Made by a program: the position numbers and the translations under genes | Notes under the pieces: generated by a model | Told to the model about the DNA's origin: nothing | What the model saw: only the letters and a program-made list of their open reading frames with translations | Databases searched by the model: none | Shown here: piece after piece, positions 21,040 through 35,900 of the stretch | How positions within the stretch are numbered: the stretch's first letter is position 1 | Layout: each line of letters opens with the position of its first letter | NCBI RefSeq assembly: GCF_006345805.1 | Contig: NW_021833014.1 | Span: 1-64,000 of the forward strand | Direction of reading: 5' to 3' | Source of the DNA: Octopus sinensis | Taxonomy: Eukaryota | Length of the DNA: 64,000 bases

Positions 21040-21806
21040 CTGGAAAAAGAAAAAAAATCAAAGACTCAATCATACATTGATTATAAACGCCTATATTTTT
21101 ATAGATTTTCCTCTATTCAGCTATGTCGTCTCATTGACCTATCTCTGCATCTATCTATATGTATTTTTTTTTTTTTATTTATCTAGTTTCAGCTCACAAG
21201 CTGTGGCCATGCTGGGGCACCACCATTAAAAAAGTCCTGGAGATGTATGTATACATTCATGTATCTTTATCTCTCTATCTCTCCACACAACACACACACA
21301 CACACACACACACATATTTGTCAATCAAATTATTACATTATTCTAATAGGTCTAAAGATTTATTTCGTTTTGGGATTTGGTTTGCAAGGTTCTTTATATG
21401 AGTTCGTGTGTTGAAGCATATTCTATTGTGTCTGGGGAGAGTCATTTTCTTTTTGTGCCTTATTATGTAACACACTCACCGGTAAAATTTCCAAAGAGTC
21501 AAAACTATTGAAAAGGTTGCAAGACGCAACGAAAATTTTAGGAAAATAAAAATCTAAAGATTTAGATGATGGTTTAAACTGTTGACTTTTTAAAATATTA
21601 ATCCATTTTAAAGTGAATCAAGAAACATAACACATTGATGAATGTAAATGAGAAACCTGTTGTGAACTGTAAACTCCATCAGCCATTAATAACAGAATGT
21701 GATGGATTGTGCTAACAGAAGTGCTTTCAAAGCAGTCGTCAACATCTAACTCTGGACAACTATTAACCTATTGATGTATTTTTATAGACATTTAAGTTTT
21801 AATATA

Positions 21807-22661
21807 CAGGGTGCTGTGAGTAAATTGTTGCCATTTTATGCTTTTAATTTTAAGTATATGCATTGTTTGTTTTACATTTTGTCAGCTACACAGTATAGTT
21901 GGGTCAGTTGGGCACTGTCTGTAAAAAAGACATCACCATGATGTAATTCACTCAGCTAGAAATTTGGAAATGACTTGGCATTTGTGCTGGAAGCTCCAAT
22001 ACAAACATTTCCAAGTGATTGGGTGTTGATCCAAGGACATATACCGAGAGTGATAAAAATCAAACGTCCAGTCAACATCATGGTGTTTGGAGTGATCACT
22101 AGTGATGGCAACGTTATGCATCCATTCATCTTCCCACACAGCCTCACACTCAACACGGAGGCCAACATCAGGTGTCTGGAGGAGGCAGTGCTGCCCTGGG
22201 TCAAGAGGGTGGCCGCTGGAAGACCTTATGTCTGGCAACAGGACTCTGCACCATGCCTTACAAGTAAGAGAACCAACTCATGGCTGTCAATTTCTGCGAC
22301 CACATAACCCCTAACATCTGGCCACCTAACTCCCCATACTGCAACCCCCTGCATTATTATGTGTGGGACACAGTTGAGTGAGAGACCAACAAAACTCCTT
22401 GTAACACCAAAGAGGAACTGATGGCAAGGATTATGGCAGCACTGACCAACATAAACAAGGAGGCCATCCAGAAGAGTTGCAGGAGATTCCAAAGTCATCT
22501 GGAGGCCATGGTTGAAGCCAATGGCGATTTTATTGAATAAATTTACTCTTTAGTATTTTAAGATATTTTTATGTAATTTTGGTAAATATATCTTAAAATG
22601 AGATGTCAGTGTTATTTTCATTTTTGTGTAATTTAGATGACAGTTTATTCACCGCACACTA
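21807..22661 (+). mobile_element. Internally deleted, decayed Tc1/mariner element, probably DD37D (maT) type
   Basis: TA-flanked degenerate TIRs. The remnant reads VMVFG-like IMVFGVITSDG...YVWQQDSAPC, then after a frameshift WPPNSPYCNPLHYYVW...ANGDFIE* (TAA 22538-22540). The 37-residue spacing is inferred after repairing a ~4-bp deletion; the last D is mutated to H. A 5' fragment also lies at ~17410-17520. Confidence 0.8.
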
Positions 22662-22679
22662 TAATGTACAAATGAACCA

Positions 22680-22865
22680 CAAGGCCCGAAATTTTGAGGG
22701 AGCAGAGTCAGTTGATTAGATTGACCCCAGTACACAACTGGTACTTTATTTATTGACCCCGAAAGGATGAAAGACAAAGTCAACCTAGGTGGAATTTGAG
22801 CTCAGAACATAGAGACAGACGAAATACTGCCAGGTGTGATAACCTTTCTGCACGCTCACTGCCCT
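22680..22865 (-). mobile_element. SINE family B fragment (another at ~23210-23420)
   Basis: GACCCCGAAAGGATGAAAGACAAAGTCAACCTAGGTGGAATTTGAGCTCAGAAC. Confidence 0.7.
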
Positions 22866-22961
22866 AATGAACCACATATTGAAAAACATTCTCATTAATT
22901 TGAGTTAAATTCATAACATCATTAAGGCAGTATGTTCATTAAGGTTCCTAATTAGCATTAA

Positions 22962-23181
22962 CCCTTTCATTACTGTATTTATTTTGAGATGCCCTGTGTT
23001 TCTTTCAATTAATTTTAAATATAACAAATAATTTAGTAAAATAACTTAGTTATCATTAAGTTAGTGTTAGGAATATAAATTGTGACTAAGGTTTGGTGGA
23101 AGATTTTAATTCAAAACTTATAAAAACAAGACATTTGTATTCAGAGCCAGACCGGTTTCAGCCGGGTTGGTAATGAAAGGG
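22962..23181. mobile_element. piggyBac-type MITE (220 bp)
   Basis: TTAA|CCCTTTCATTAC ... GTAATGAAAGGG|TTAA; perfect 12-bp TIR. Confidence 0.88.
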
Positions 23182-23655
23182 TTAAACCAAAAGAAATCAG
23201 TAAATATTGCTTTCAAATTTTGGCACAAGGCCAGCAATTTCGAAGGAGAGAAAAAGTGGATTGCATTGACCCCTAGTTCTCAACAGTACTTATTTTATTA
23301 ACCCCGAAAAGGATAAAAGGTAAGGTCGACCTCAGCCAAATTTAAACCAGAAAAGATGAACAAAATGCTACTAAACATTTTGCCCAGAGCGGTAACAAAT
23401 TTACTAACTTACTGCCTTGAAATCTGTAACCTGTAAATATTAAACTAATCACAAGGCCAAAATACATTTACTCAGAGACCAAAGTACATTCAATTAAAAT
23501 ATGTTTACTTGACATAAATCTGAACTGGTAAATTATTAACAAGTTTCATATTTGCAATGTTTAGAATTTTTTTTTTTTTTTTTTTTTTTCAGGTAAGAAA
23601 GTTATCAAACCAGCAACAATTCTATCTTACAACAGAAAGCTTAACTTCTACTCAC

Positions 23656-23748
23656 ATTTGTGAAGAGATTTGAAACAACCGCCTTCTGTTCAGGGCTTTT
23701 CGACTTCTCAAACAGTTCTTTTAGAGCGTCCTTTACAGTTTTCTCAAA
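23656..23748 (-). CDS. Tetraspanin coding exon 4 (large-loop helices): FEKTVKDALKELFEKSKSPEQKAVVSNLFTN
   Basis: CTTCCATTCTAG|TTT ... AAT|GTGAGT; 93 nt; open, amphipathic and directly precedes the CCG exon as in family gene structure. Confidence 0.88.
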
Positions 23749-23801
23749 CTAGAATGGAAGAAGTTTAGAAATATCTTCAATATATTTTCAATTTTCAATA
23801 A

Positions 23802-23970
23802 CATCATCATCATCATCATCGTTTAACGCCCACTTTCCATGCTAGCATGGGTTGGATGGTTTGACTGAGGGCTAGCGAACCAGAGGGCTGCATCAGGCAT
23901 CAGTCTTGATCTGGCAGAGTTTCTACAGCTGGATGCCCTTCCTAACGCCAACCACTTCAAGAGTGTAGTG
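23802..23970 (-). mobile_element. RTE 3' tail that seeds the satellite
   Basis: (CAT)6 CGTTTAACGCCCACTTTCCATGCTAGCATGGGTTGG...GAGTGTAGTGGGTGCTTTTAC runs directly into the array. Confidence 0.92.
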
Positions 23971-26900
23971 GGTGCTTTTACGTTCCACCAGCACAGGAGC
24001 CAGTCTGGTGACACTGGCAATGACCACGCTCAAATGGTGTTTTTATGTGCCACTGGCACAGTAGCCAGTCAGGCATCGACCATGCTCAAATGGTGCTTTT
24101 TACATGCCACTGGCACAGGAGCCAGTCTGGTAACACTGGCAACGATCATGCTCGAATGGTGCTTTTTACATGCCACTGGCAATGACCACACTTGAATGGT
24201 TTTTTATGTGTCACTGGCACAGGAGCCAGTCAGGCATCGACCATGCTCAAATGGTGCTATTTACATGCCACTGGCACAGGGCCAGTCTGGCAACACTGGC
24301 AACGATCATGCTCGAATGGTGCTTTTTACATGCCACTGGCAATGACCACACTTGAATGGTGTTTTTATGTGCCACTGGCACAGGAGCCAGTCAGGCATCG
24401 ACCATGCTCAAATGGTGCTTTTTACATGCCACTGGCACAGGAGCCAGTCTGGCAACACTGGCAACGATCATGCTCGAATGGTGCTTTTTACATGCCACTG
24501 GCAATGACCACACTTGAATGGTGTTTTTATGTGTCACTGGCACAGGAGCCAGTCAGGCATCGACCATGCTCGAATGGTGCTTTGTACATGCCACTGGTAA
24601 TGACCACACTTCAATGGTGTTTTTATGTGTCACTGGCACAGGAGCCAGTCAGGCATCGACCATGCTCAAATGGTGCTTTTTACATGTCACTGGCACAGGA
24701 GCCAGTCTGGTAACACTGGCAACGATCATGCTCGAATGGTGCTTTTTACATGCCACTGGCAATGACCACACTTGAATGGTGTTTTTATGTGTCACTGGCA
24801 CAGGAGCCAGTCAGGCATCGACCATGCTCGAATGGTGCTTTGTACATGCCACTGGTAATGACCACACTTGAATGGTGTTTTTATGTGTCACTGGCACAGG
24901 AGCCAGTCAGGCATCGACCATGCTCAAATGGTGCTTTTTACATGTCACTGGCACAGGAGCCAGTCTGGTAACACTGGCAACGATCATGCTCGAATGGTGC
25001 TTTTACATGCCACTGGCAATGACCACACTTGAATGGTGTTTTTATGTGTCACTGGCACAGGAGCCAGTCAGGCATCGACCATGCTCAAATGGTGCTTTTT
25101 ATGCCACTGGCACAGGGGCCAGTCTGGCAACACTGGCAACGATCATGCTCGAATGGTGCTTTTTACATGCCACTGGCAATGACACACTTGAATGGTGTTT
25201 TATGTGCACTGGCACAGTAGCCAGTCAGCCATCGACCATGCTCAAATGGTGCTTTTTACATGTCACTGGCACAGGAGCCAGTCTGGTAACACTGGCAACG
25301 ATCATGCTCGAATGGTGCTTTTTACATGCCACTGGCAATGACCACACTTGAATGGTGTTTTTTATGTTCACTGGCACAGGAGCCAGTCAGGCATCGACCA
25401 TGCTCAAATGATGCTTTTTACATGCCACTGGCACAGGGGCCAGTCTGGCAACACTGGCAACGATCATGCTCGAATGGTGCTTTTTACATGCCACTGGCAA
25501 TGACCACACTTGAATGGTGTTTTTATGTGCCACTGGCACAGTAGCCAGTCAGCCATCGACCATGCTCAAATGGTGCTTTTTACATGTCACTGGCACAGGA
25601 GCCAGTCTGGTAACACTGGCAACGATCATGCTCGAATGGTGCTTTTTACATGCCACTGGCAATGACCACACTTGAATGGTGTTTTTATGTGTCACTGGCA
25701 CAGGAGCCAGTCAGGCATCGACCATGCTCAAACGGTGCTTTTTACATGTCCACTGGCACAGGAGCCAGTCTGGTAACACTGGCAACGATCATGCTCGAAT
25801 GTGCTTTTTACATGCCACTGGCAATGACCACACTTGAATGGGTTTTTATGTGTCACTGGCACAGGAGCCAGTCAGGCATCGACCATGCTCAAATGGTGCT
25901 TTTACATGCCACTGGCAATGACCACACTTGAATGGGTTTTTATGTGCCACTGGCACAGGAGCCAGTCAGGCATCGACCTGCTCAAATGGTGCTTTTACAT
26001 GCCACTGGCACAGGGGCCAGTCTGGCAACACTGGCAACGATCATGCTCGAATGGTGCTTTTACATGCCACTGGCAATGACCACACTTGAATGGTGTTTTT
26101 ATGTGTCACTGACACAGGAGCCAGTCAGGCATCGACCATGCTCAAATGGTGCTTTTACATGCCACTGGCACAGGGGCCAGTCTGGCAACACTGGCAACGA
26201 TCATGCTCGAATGGTGCTTTTTTACATTGCCACTGGCAATGACCACACTTGAATGGTGTTTTTATGTGCCACTGGCACAGGAGCCAGTCAGGCATCGACC
26301 ATGCTCAAATGGTGCTTTTACATGCCACTGGCACAGGGGCCAGTCTGGCAACACTAGCAACGATCATGCTCGAATGGTGCTTTTTACATGCCACTGGCAA
26401 TGACCACACTTGAATGGTGTTTTTATGTGTCACTGGCACAGGAGCCAGTCAGGCATCGACCATGCTCAAATGGTGCTTTTACATGCCACTGGCACAGGGG
26501 CCAGTCTGGTAACACTGGCAACGATCATGCTCGAATGGTGCTTTTTACATGCCACTGGCAATGACCACACTTGAATGGTGTTTTTATGTGCACTGGCACA
26601 GGAGCCAGTCAGGCATCGACCATGCTCAATGGTGCTTTTTACATGCCACTGGCACAGGGGCCAGTCTGGCAACACTGGCACGATCATGCTCGAATGGTGC
26701 TTTTTACATGCCACTGGCAATGAACCACACTTGAATGGTGTTTTTATGTGCCACTGGCACAGTAGCCAGTCAGGCATCGACTATGCTCAAATGGTGCTTT
26801 TTACATGCCACTGGCACAGGAGCCAGTCTGGTAACACTGGCAACGATCATGCTCGAATGGTGCTTTTTACATGCCACTGGCAATGACCACACTTGAATGG

Positions 26901-29900
26901 TGTTTTTATGTGCCACTGGCACAGGAGCCAGTCAGGCATCGACTATGCACAAATGGTGCTTTTTACATGCCACTGGCACAGGAGCCAGTCTGGTAACACT
27001 GGCAACGATCATGCTCGAATGGTGCTTTTTACATGCCACTGGCAATGACCACACTTGAATGGTGTTTTTATGTGCCACTGGCACAGTAGCCAGTCAGCCA
27101 TCGACCATGCTCAAATGGTGCTTTTTACATGTCACTGGCACAGGAGCCAGTCTGGTAACACTGGCAACGATCATGCTCGAATGGTGCTTTTTACATGCCA
27201 CTGGCAATGACCACACTTGAATGTGTTTTTATGTGCCACTGGCACAGGAGCCAGTCAGGCATCGGCCATGCTCAAATGGTGCTTTTACATGCCACTGGCA
27301 CAGGAAACAGTCTGGTAACACTGGCAACGATCATGCTCGAATGGTGCTTTTTACATGCCACTGGCAATGACCCACTTGAATGGTGTGTTTTATGTGTCAC
27401 TGGCACAGGAGCCAGTCAGGCATCGACCATGCTCAAACGGTGCTTTTTACATGTCACTGGCACAGGAGCCAGTCTGGTAACACTGGCAACGATCATGCTT
27501 GAATGGTGCTTTTTACATGCCACTGGCAATGACCACACTTGAATGGTGGTTTTATGTGCCACTGGCACAGCAGCCAGTCAGGCATCGACCATGCTCGAAT
27601 GGTGCTTTTTACATGCCACTGGCAATGACCACACTTGAATGGTGTTTTTATGTGCCACTGGCACAGCAGCCAGTCAGGCATCGACCATGCTCGAATGGTG
27701 CTTTTTACATGCCACTGGCAATGACCACACTTGAATGGTGTTTTTATGTGTCACTGGCACAGGAGCCAGTCAGGCATCGACCATGCTCGAATGGTGCTTT
27801 TTACATGCCACTGGCAATGACCACACTTGAATGGTGTTTTTATGTGTCACTGGCACAGGAGCCAGTCAGGCATCGACTATGCTCAAATGGTGCTTTTTAC
27901 ATGCCACTGGCACAGGAGCCAGTCTGGTAACACTGGCAACGATCATGCTCGAATGGTGCTTTTACATGCCACTGGCAATGACCACACTTGAATGGTGTTT
28001 TTATGTGTCACTGGCACAGGAGCCAGTCTGGTAACACTGGCAACGATCATGCTCGAATGGTGCTTTTACATGCCACTGGCAATGACCACACTTGAATGGT
28101 GTTTTTATGTGTCACTGGCACAGGAGCCAGTCAGGCATCGACCATGCTCAAATGGTGCTTTTTACATGCCACTGGCAATGACCACACTTGAATGGTGTTT
28201 TTATGTGTCACTGGCACAGGAGCCAGTCTGGTAACACTGGCAACGATCATGCTCGAATGGTGCTTTTACATGCCACTGGCAATGACCACACTTGAATGGT
28301 GTTTTTATGTGCCACTGGCACAGGAGCCAGTCAGGCATCGACATGCTCAAATGGTGCTTTTTACATGCCACTGGCAATGACCACACTTGAATGGTGTTTT
28401 TATGTGTCACTGGCACAGGAGCCAGTCTGGTAACACTGGCAACGATCATGCTCGAATGGTGCTTTTACATGCCACTGGCAATGACCACACTTGAATGGTG
28501 TTTTTATGTGCCACTGGCACAGGAGCCAGTCAGGCATCGACCATGCTCAAATGGTGCTTTTTACATGCCACTGGCAATGACCACACTTGAATGGTGTTTT
28601 TATGTGTCACTGGCACAGGAGCCAGTCTGGTAACACTGGCAACGATCATGCTCGAATGGTGCTTTTTACATGCCACTGGCAATGACCACACTTGAATGGG
28701 GTTTTTATGTGTCACTGGCACAGCAGCCAGTCAGGCATCGGCCATGCTCAAATGTGCTTTTTACATGTCACTGGCACAGGAGCCAGTCTGGTAACACTGG
28801 CAACGATCATGCTCGAATGGTGCTTTTTACATGCCACTGGCAATGACCACACTTGAATGGTGTTTTTATGTGTCACTGGCACAGGAGCCAGTCAGGTATC
28901 GACCATGCTCAAATGGTGCTTTTTACATGCCACTGGCACAGGGGCCAGTCTGGCAACACTGGCAACGATTATGCTCGAATGGTGCTTTTTACATGCCACT
29001 GGCAATGACCACACTTGAATGTGTTTTTATGTGTCACTGGCACAGGAGCCAGTCAGGCATCGACCATGCTCAAATGGTGCTTTTACATGCCACTGGCACA
29101 GGGGCCAGTCTGGCAACACTGGCAACGATCATGCTCGAATGGTGCTTTTTACATGCACTGGCAATGACCACACTTGAATGGTGGTTTTTATGTGTCACTG
29201 GCACAGGAGCCAGTCAGGCATCGACCATGCTCAAATGGTGCTTTTTACATGCCACTGGCACAGGGGCCAGTCTGGCAACACTGGCAACGATCATGCTCGA
29301 ATGGTGCTTTTTACATGCCACTGGCAATGACCACACTTGAATGGTGTTTTTATGTGCCACTGGCACAGGAGCCAGTCAGGCATCGACCATGCTCAAATGG
29401 TGCTTTTTACATGCACTGGCACAGGGGCCAGTCTGGCAACACTGGCAACGATCATGCTCGAATGGTGCTTTTACATGCCACTGGCAATGACCACACTTGA
29501 ATGGTGTTTTTATGTGTCACTGGCACAGGAGCCAGTCAGGCATCGACCATGCTCAAATGGTGCTTTTACATGCCACTGGCACAGGGGCCAGTCTGGCAAC
29601 ACTGGCAACGATCATGCTCGAATGGTGCTTTTTACATGCCACTGGCAATGACCACACTTGAATGGTGTTTTTATGTGTCACTGGCACAGGAGCCAGTCAG
29701 GCATCGACCATGCTCAAATGGTGCTTTTTACATGCCACTGGCACAGGGGCCAGTCTGGCAACACTGGCAACGATCATGCTCGAATGGTGCTTTTTACATG
29801 CCACTGGCAATGACCACACTTGAATGGTGTTTTTATGTGTCACTGGCACAGGAGCCAGTCAGGCATCGACCATGCTCAAATGGTGCTTTTTACATGCCAC

Positions 29901-32900
29901 TGGCACAGGGGCCAGTCTGGCAACACTGGCAACGATCATGCTCGAATGGTGCTTTTTACATGCCACTGGCAATGACCACACTTGAATGGTGTTTTTATGT
30001 GCCACTGGCACAGTAGCCAGTCAGGCATCGACTATGCTCAAATGGTGCTTTTTACATGCCACTGGCACAGGAGCCAGTCTGGTAACACTGGCAACGATCA
30101 TGCTCGAATGGTGCTTTTTACATGCCACTGGCAATGACCACACTTGAATGGTGTTTTTATGTGCCACTGGCACAGGAGCCAGTCAGGCATCGACCATGCT
30201 CAAATGGTGCTTTTTACATGCCACTGGCACAGGAGCCAGTCTGGTAACACTGGCAACGATCATGCTCGAATGGTGCTTTTTACATGCCACTGGCAATGAC
30301 CACACTTGAATGGTGTTTTTATGTGTCACTGGCACAGGAGCCAGTCAGGCATCGACCATGCTCAAATGGTGCTTTTTACATGTCACTGGCACAGGAGCCA
30401 GTCTGGTAACACTGGCAACGATCATGCTCGAATGGTGCTTTTTACATGCCACTGGCATGACCACACTTGAATGGTGTTTTTATGTGCCACTGGCACAGGA
30501 GCCAGTCAGGCATCGGCCATGCTCAAATGGTGCTTTTTACATGCCACTGGCACAGGAGCCAGTCTGGTAACACTGGCAACGATCATGCTCGAATGGTGCT
30601 TTTTACATGCCACTGGCAATGACCACACTTGAATGGTGTTTTTATGTGTCACTGGCACAGGAGCCAGTCAGGCATCGACCATGCTCAAACGGTGCTTTTT
30701 ACATGTCACTGGCACAGGAGCCAGTCTGGTAACACTGGCAACGATCATGCTCGAATGGTGCTTTTTACATGCCACTGGCAATGACCACACTTGAATGGTG
30801 TTTTTATGTGTCACTGGCACAGGAGCCAGTCAGGCATCGACCATGCTCGAATGGTGCTTTTTACATGTCACTGGCACAGGAGCCAGTCTGGTAACACTGG
30901 CAACGATCATGCTCGAATGGTGCTTTTTACATGCCACTGGCAATGACCACACTTGAATGGTGTTTTTATGTGCCACTGGCACAGCAGCCAGTCAGGCATC
31001 GACCATGCTCAAACGGTGCTTTTTACATGTCACTGGCACAGGAGCCAGTCTGGTAACACTGGCAACGATCATGCTCGAATGGTGCTTTTTACATGCCACT
31101 GGCAATGACCACACTTGAATGGTGTTTTTATGTGTCACTGGCACAGGAGCCAGTCAGGCATCGACCATGCTCAAACGGTGCTTTTTACATGTCACTGGCA
31201 CAGGAGCCAGTCTGGTAACACTGGCAACGATCATGCTCGAATGGTGCTTTTACATGCCACTGGCAATGACCACACTTGAATGGTGTTTTTATGTGCCACT
31301 GGCACAGCAGCCAGTCAGGCATCGACCATGCTCGAATGGTGCTTTTTACATGCCACTGGCAATGACCACACTTGAATGGTGTTTTTATGTGTCACTGGCA
31401 CAGGAGCCAGTCAGGCATCGACCATGCTCGAATGGTGCTTTTTACATGCCACTGGCAATGACCACACTTGAATGGTGTTTTGATGTGTCACTGGCACAGG
31501 AGCCAGTCAGGCATCGACTATGCTCAAATGGTGCTTTTTACATGCCACTGGCACAGGAGCCAGTCTGGTAACACTGGCAACGATCATGCTCGAATGGTGC
31601 TTTTTACATGCCACTGGCAATGACTACACTTGAATGGTGTTTTTATGTGTCACTGGCACAGGAGCCAGTCAGGCATCGACCATGCTCAAAAGGTGCTTTT
31701 TACATGCCAGTGGCAATGACCACACTTGAATGGTGTTTTTATGTGTCACTGGCACAGGAGCCAGTCTGGTAACACTGGCAACGATCATGCTCGAATGGTG
31801 CTTTTACATGCCACTGGCAATGACCACATTGAATGGTGTTTTTATGTGTCACTGGCACAGCAGCCAGTCAGGCATCGGCCATGCTCAAATGGTGCTTTTT
31901 ACATGTCACTGGCACAGGAGCCAGTCTGGTAACACTGGCATCGACCATGCTCAAATGGTGCTTTTTACATGCCACTGGCAATGACCACACTTGAATGGTG
32001 TTTTTATGTGTCACTGGCACAGGAGCCAGTCTGGTAACACTGGCAACGATCATGCTCGAATGGTGCTTTTACATGCCACTGGCAATGACCACACTTGAAT
32101 GGTGTTTTTATGTGTCACTGGCACAGCAGCCAGTCAGGCATCGGCCATGCTCAAATGGTGCTTTTACATGCCACTGGCACAGGAGCCAGTCTGGTAACAC
32201 TGGCAACGATCATGCTCGAATGGTGCTTTTTACATGCCACTGGCAATGACCACACTTGAATGGTGTTTTTATGTGTCACTGGCACAGGAGCCAGTCAGGT
32301 ATCGACCATGCTCAAATGGTGCTTTTTACATGCCACTGGCACAGGAGCCAGTCTGGTAACACTGGCAACGATCATGCTCGAATGGTGCTTTTTACATGCC
32401 ACTGGCAATGACCACACTTGAATGGTGTTTTCATGTGCCACTGGCACAGGAGCCAGTCTGGTAACACTGGCAACGATCATGCTCGAATGGTGCTTTTTAC
32501 ATGCCACTGGCAATGACCACACTTGAATGGTGTTTTTATGTGCCACTGGCACAGGAGCCAGTCTGGTAACACTGGCAACGATCATGCTCGAATGGTGCTT
32601 TTTACATGCCACTGGCAATGACCACACTTGAATGGTGTTTTTATGTGTCACTGGCACAGGAGCCAGTCTGGTAACACTGGCAACGATCATGCTCGAATGG
32701 TGCTTTTTACATGCCACTGGCAATGACCACACTTGAATGGTGTTTTTATGTGTCACTGGCACAGGAGCCAGTCAGGTATCGACCATGCTCAAATGGTGCT
32801 TTTTACATGCCACTGGCACAGGAGCCAGTCTGGTAACACTGGCAACGATCATGCTCGAATGGTGCTTTTTACATGCCACTGGCAATGACCACACTTGAAT

Positions 32901-35900
32901 GGTGTTTTTATGTGTCACTGGCACAGGAGCCAGTCTGGTAACACTGGCAACGATCATGCTCGAATGGTGCTTTTTACATGCCACTGGCAATGACCACACT
33001 TGAATGGTGTTTTTATGTGCCACTGGCACAGGAGCCAGTCAGGCATCGGCCATGCTCAAATGGTGCTTTTTACATGCCACTGGCACAGGAGCCAGTCTGG
33101 TAACACTGGCAACGATCATGCTCGAATGGTGCTTTTTACATGCCACTGGCAATGACCACACTTGAATGGTGTTTTTATGTGTCACTGGCACAGGAGCCAG
33201 TCAGGTATCGACCATGCTCAAATGGTGCTTTTTACATGCCACTGGCACAGGAGCCAGTCTGGTAACACTGGCAACGATCATGCTCGAATGGTGCTTTTTA
33301 CATGCCACTGGCAATGACCACACTTGAATGGTGTTTTTATGTCCCACTGGCACAGGAGCCAGTCAGGCATCGGCCATGCTCAAATGGTGCTTTTTACATG
33401 ACACTGGCACAGGAGCCAGTCTGGTAACACTGGCAACGATCATGCTCGAATGGTGCTTTTTACATGCCACTGGCAATGACCACACTTGAATGGTGTTTTT
33501 ATGTGCCACTGGCACAGGAGCCAGTCAGGCATCGGCCATGCTCAAATGGTGCTTTTTACATGTCACTGGCACAGGAGCCAGTCTGGAACACTGGCAACGA
33601 TCATGCTCGAATGGTGCTTTTTACATGCCACTGGCAATGACCACACTTGAATGGTGTTTTTATGTGTCACTGGCACAGGAGCCAGTCAGGCATCGACCAT
33701 GCTCAAATGTGCTTTTTACATGTCACTGTCACCACGAAGCCAGTCTGGCACAGAACCAGTCTGGCAACACTGGCAACGATCATGCTCGAATGGTGCTTTT
33801 TACATGCCACTGGCAATGACCACACTTGAATGGTGTTTTTATGTCCACTGGCACAGGAGCCAGTCAGGCATCGACCATGCTCAAATGGTGCTTTTTACAT
33901 GCCACTGGCACAGGAGCCAGTCTGGTAACACTGGCAACGATCATGCTCGAATGTGCTTTTTACATGCCACTGGCAATGACGACACTTGAATGGTGTTTTT
34001 ATGTGTCACTGGCACAGGAGCCAGTCAGGTATCGACCATGCTCAAATGATGCTTTTTACATGCCACTGGCAATGACCACACTTGAATGGTGTTTTTATGT
34101 GTCACTGGCACAGGAGCCAGTCAGGCATCGACCATGCTCAAATGGTGCTTTTTACATGCCACTGGCAATGACGACACTTGAATGGTGTTTTTATGTGTCA
34201 CTGGCACAGGAGCCAGTCAGGTATCGACCATGCTCAAATGATGCTTTTTACATGCCACTGGCAATGACCACACTTGAATGGTGTTTTTATGTGCCACTGG
34301 CACAGCAGCCAGTCAGGCATCGGCCATGCTCAAATGGTGCTTTTTACATGCCACTGGCACAGGAGCCAGTCTGGTAACACTGGCAACGATCATGCTCGAA
34401 TGGTGCTTTTTACATGCCACTGGCAATGACCACACTTGAATGGTGTTTTTATGTGCCACTGGCACAGGAGCCAGTCAGGCATCGGCCATGCTCAAATGGT
34501 GCTTTTTACATGCCACTGGCACAGGAGCCAGTCTGGTAACACTGGCAACGATCATGCTCGAATGGTGCTTTTTACATGCCACTGGCAATGACCACACTTG
34601 AATGGTGTTTTTTTGTGCCACTGGCACAGGAGCCAGTCAGGCATCGGCCATGCTCAAATGGTGCTTTTTACATGTCACTGGCACAGGAGCCAGTCTGGTA
34701 ACACTGGCAACGATCATGCTCGAATGGTGCTTTTTACATGCCACTGGCAATGACCACACTTGAATGGTGTTTTTATGTGTCACTGGCACAGGAGCCAGTC
34801 AGGCATCGACCATGCTCAAATGGTGCTTTTTACATGTCACTGGCACAGAAGCCAGTCTGGCACAGAAGCCAGTCTGGCAACACTGGCAACGATCATGCTC
34901 GAATGGTGCTTTTTACATGCCACTGGCAATGACCACACTTGAATGGTGTTTTTATGTGCCACTGGCACAGGAGCCAGTCAGGCATCGACCATGCTCAAAT
35001 GGTGCTTTTTACATGCCACTGGCACAGGAGCCAGTCTGGTAACACTGGCAACGATCATGCTCGAATGGTGCTTTTTACATGCCACTGGCAATGACGACAC
35101 TTGAATGGTGTTTTTATGTGTCACTGGGACAGGAGCCAGTCAGGTATCGACCATGCTCAAATGATGCTTTTTACATGCCACTGGCAATGACCACACTTGA
35201 ATGGTGTTTTTATGTGTCACTGGCACAGGAGCCAGTCAGGTATCGACCATGCTCAAATGGTGCTTTTTACATGCCACTGGCAATGAACACACTTGAATGG
35301 TGCTTTTACATGCCACTGGCACAGGAGCCAGTCTGGTAACACTGGCAACGATCATGTTCGAATGGTGCTTTTTACATGCCACTGGCAATGACCACACTTG
35401 AATGGGGTTTTTATGTGTCACTGGCACAGGAGCCAGTCAGGTATCGACCATGCTCAAATGGTGCTTTTTACATGCCACTGGCACAGGAGCCAGTCTGGTA
35501 ACACTGGCAACGACCATGCTCGAATGGTGCTTTTTACATGCCACTGGCACAGGAGCCAGTCTGGTAACACTGGCAACGACCATGCTCGAATGGTGCTTTT
35601 TACATGCCACTGGCACAGGAGCCAGTCTGGTAACACTGGCAACGACCATGCTCAAATGGTGCTTTTTACATGCCACTGGCACAGGAGCCAGTCTGGTAAC
35701 ACTGGCAACGATCATGCTCGAATGGTGCTTTTTACATGCCACTGGCAATGACCACACTTGAATGGGGCTTTTTTGTGCCACTGGCACAGGAGCCAGTCAG
35801 ACATCGACCATGCTCAAATGGTGCTTTTTACATGCCACTGGCATGACCACACTTGAATGGTGTTTTTATGTGTCATTGGCACAGGAGCCAGTCAGGTATT

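Noticed and set aside
23970-24200. CpG loss in the satellite (ACAT, CTGG, ACAG) versus CpG-rich tail copies (ACGT, CCGG, ACGG), suggesting gene-body methylation
   Set aside because: The pattern does not follow location: the intergenic copy at 3660 is also CpG-poor and the intronic copy at 18930 keeps many CpGs. Subfamily difference or age explains it equally well.
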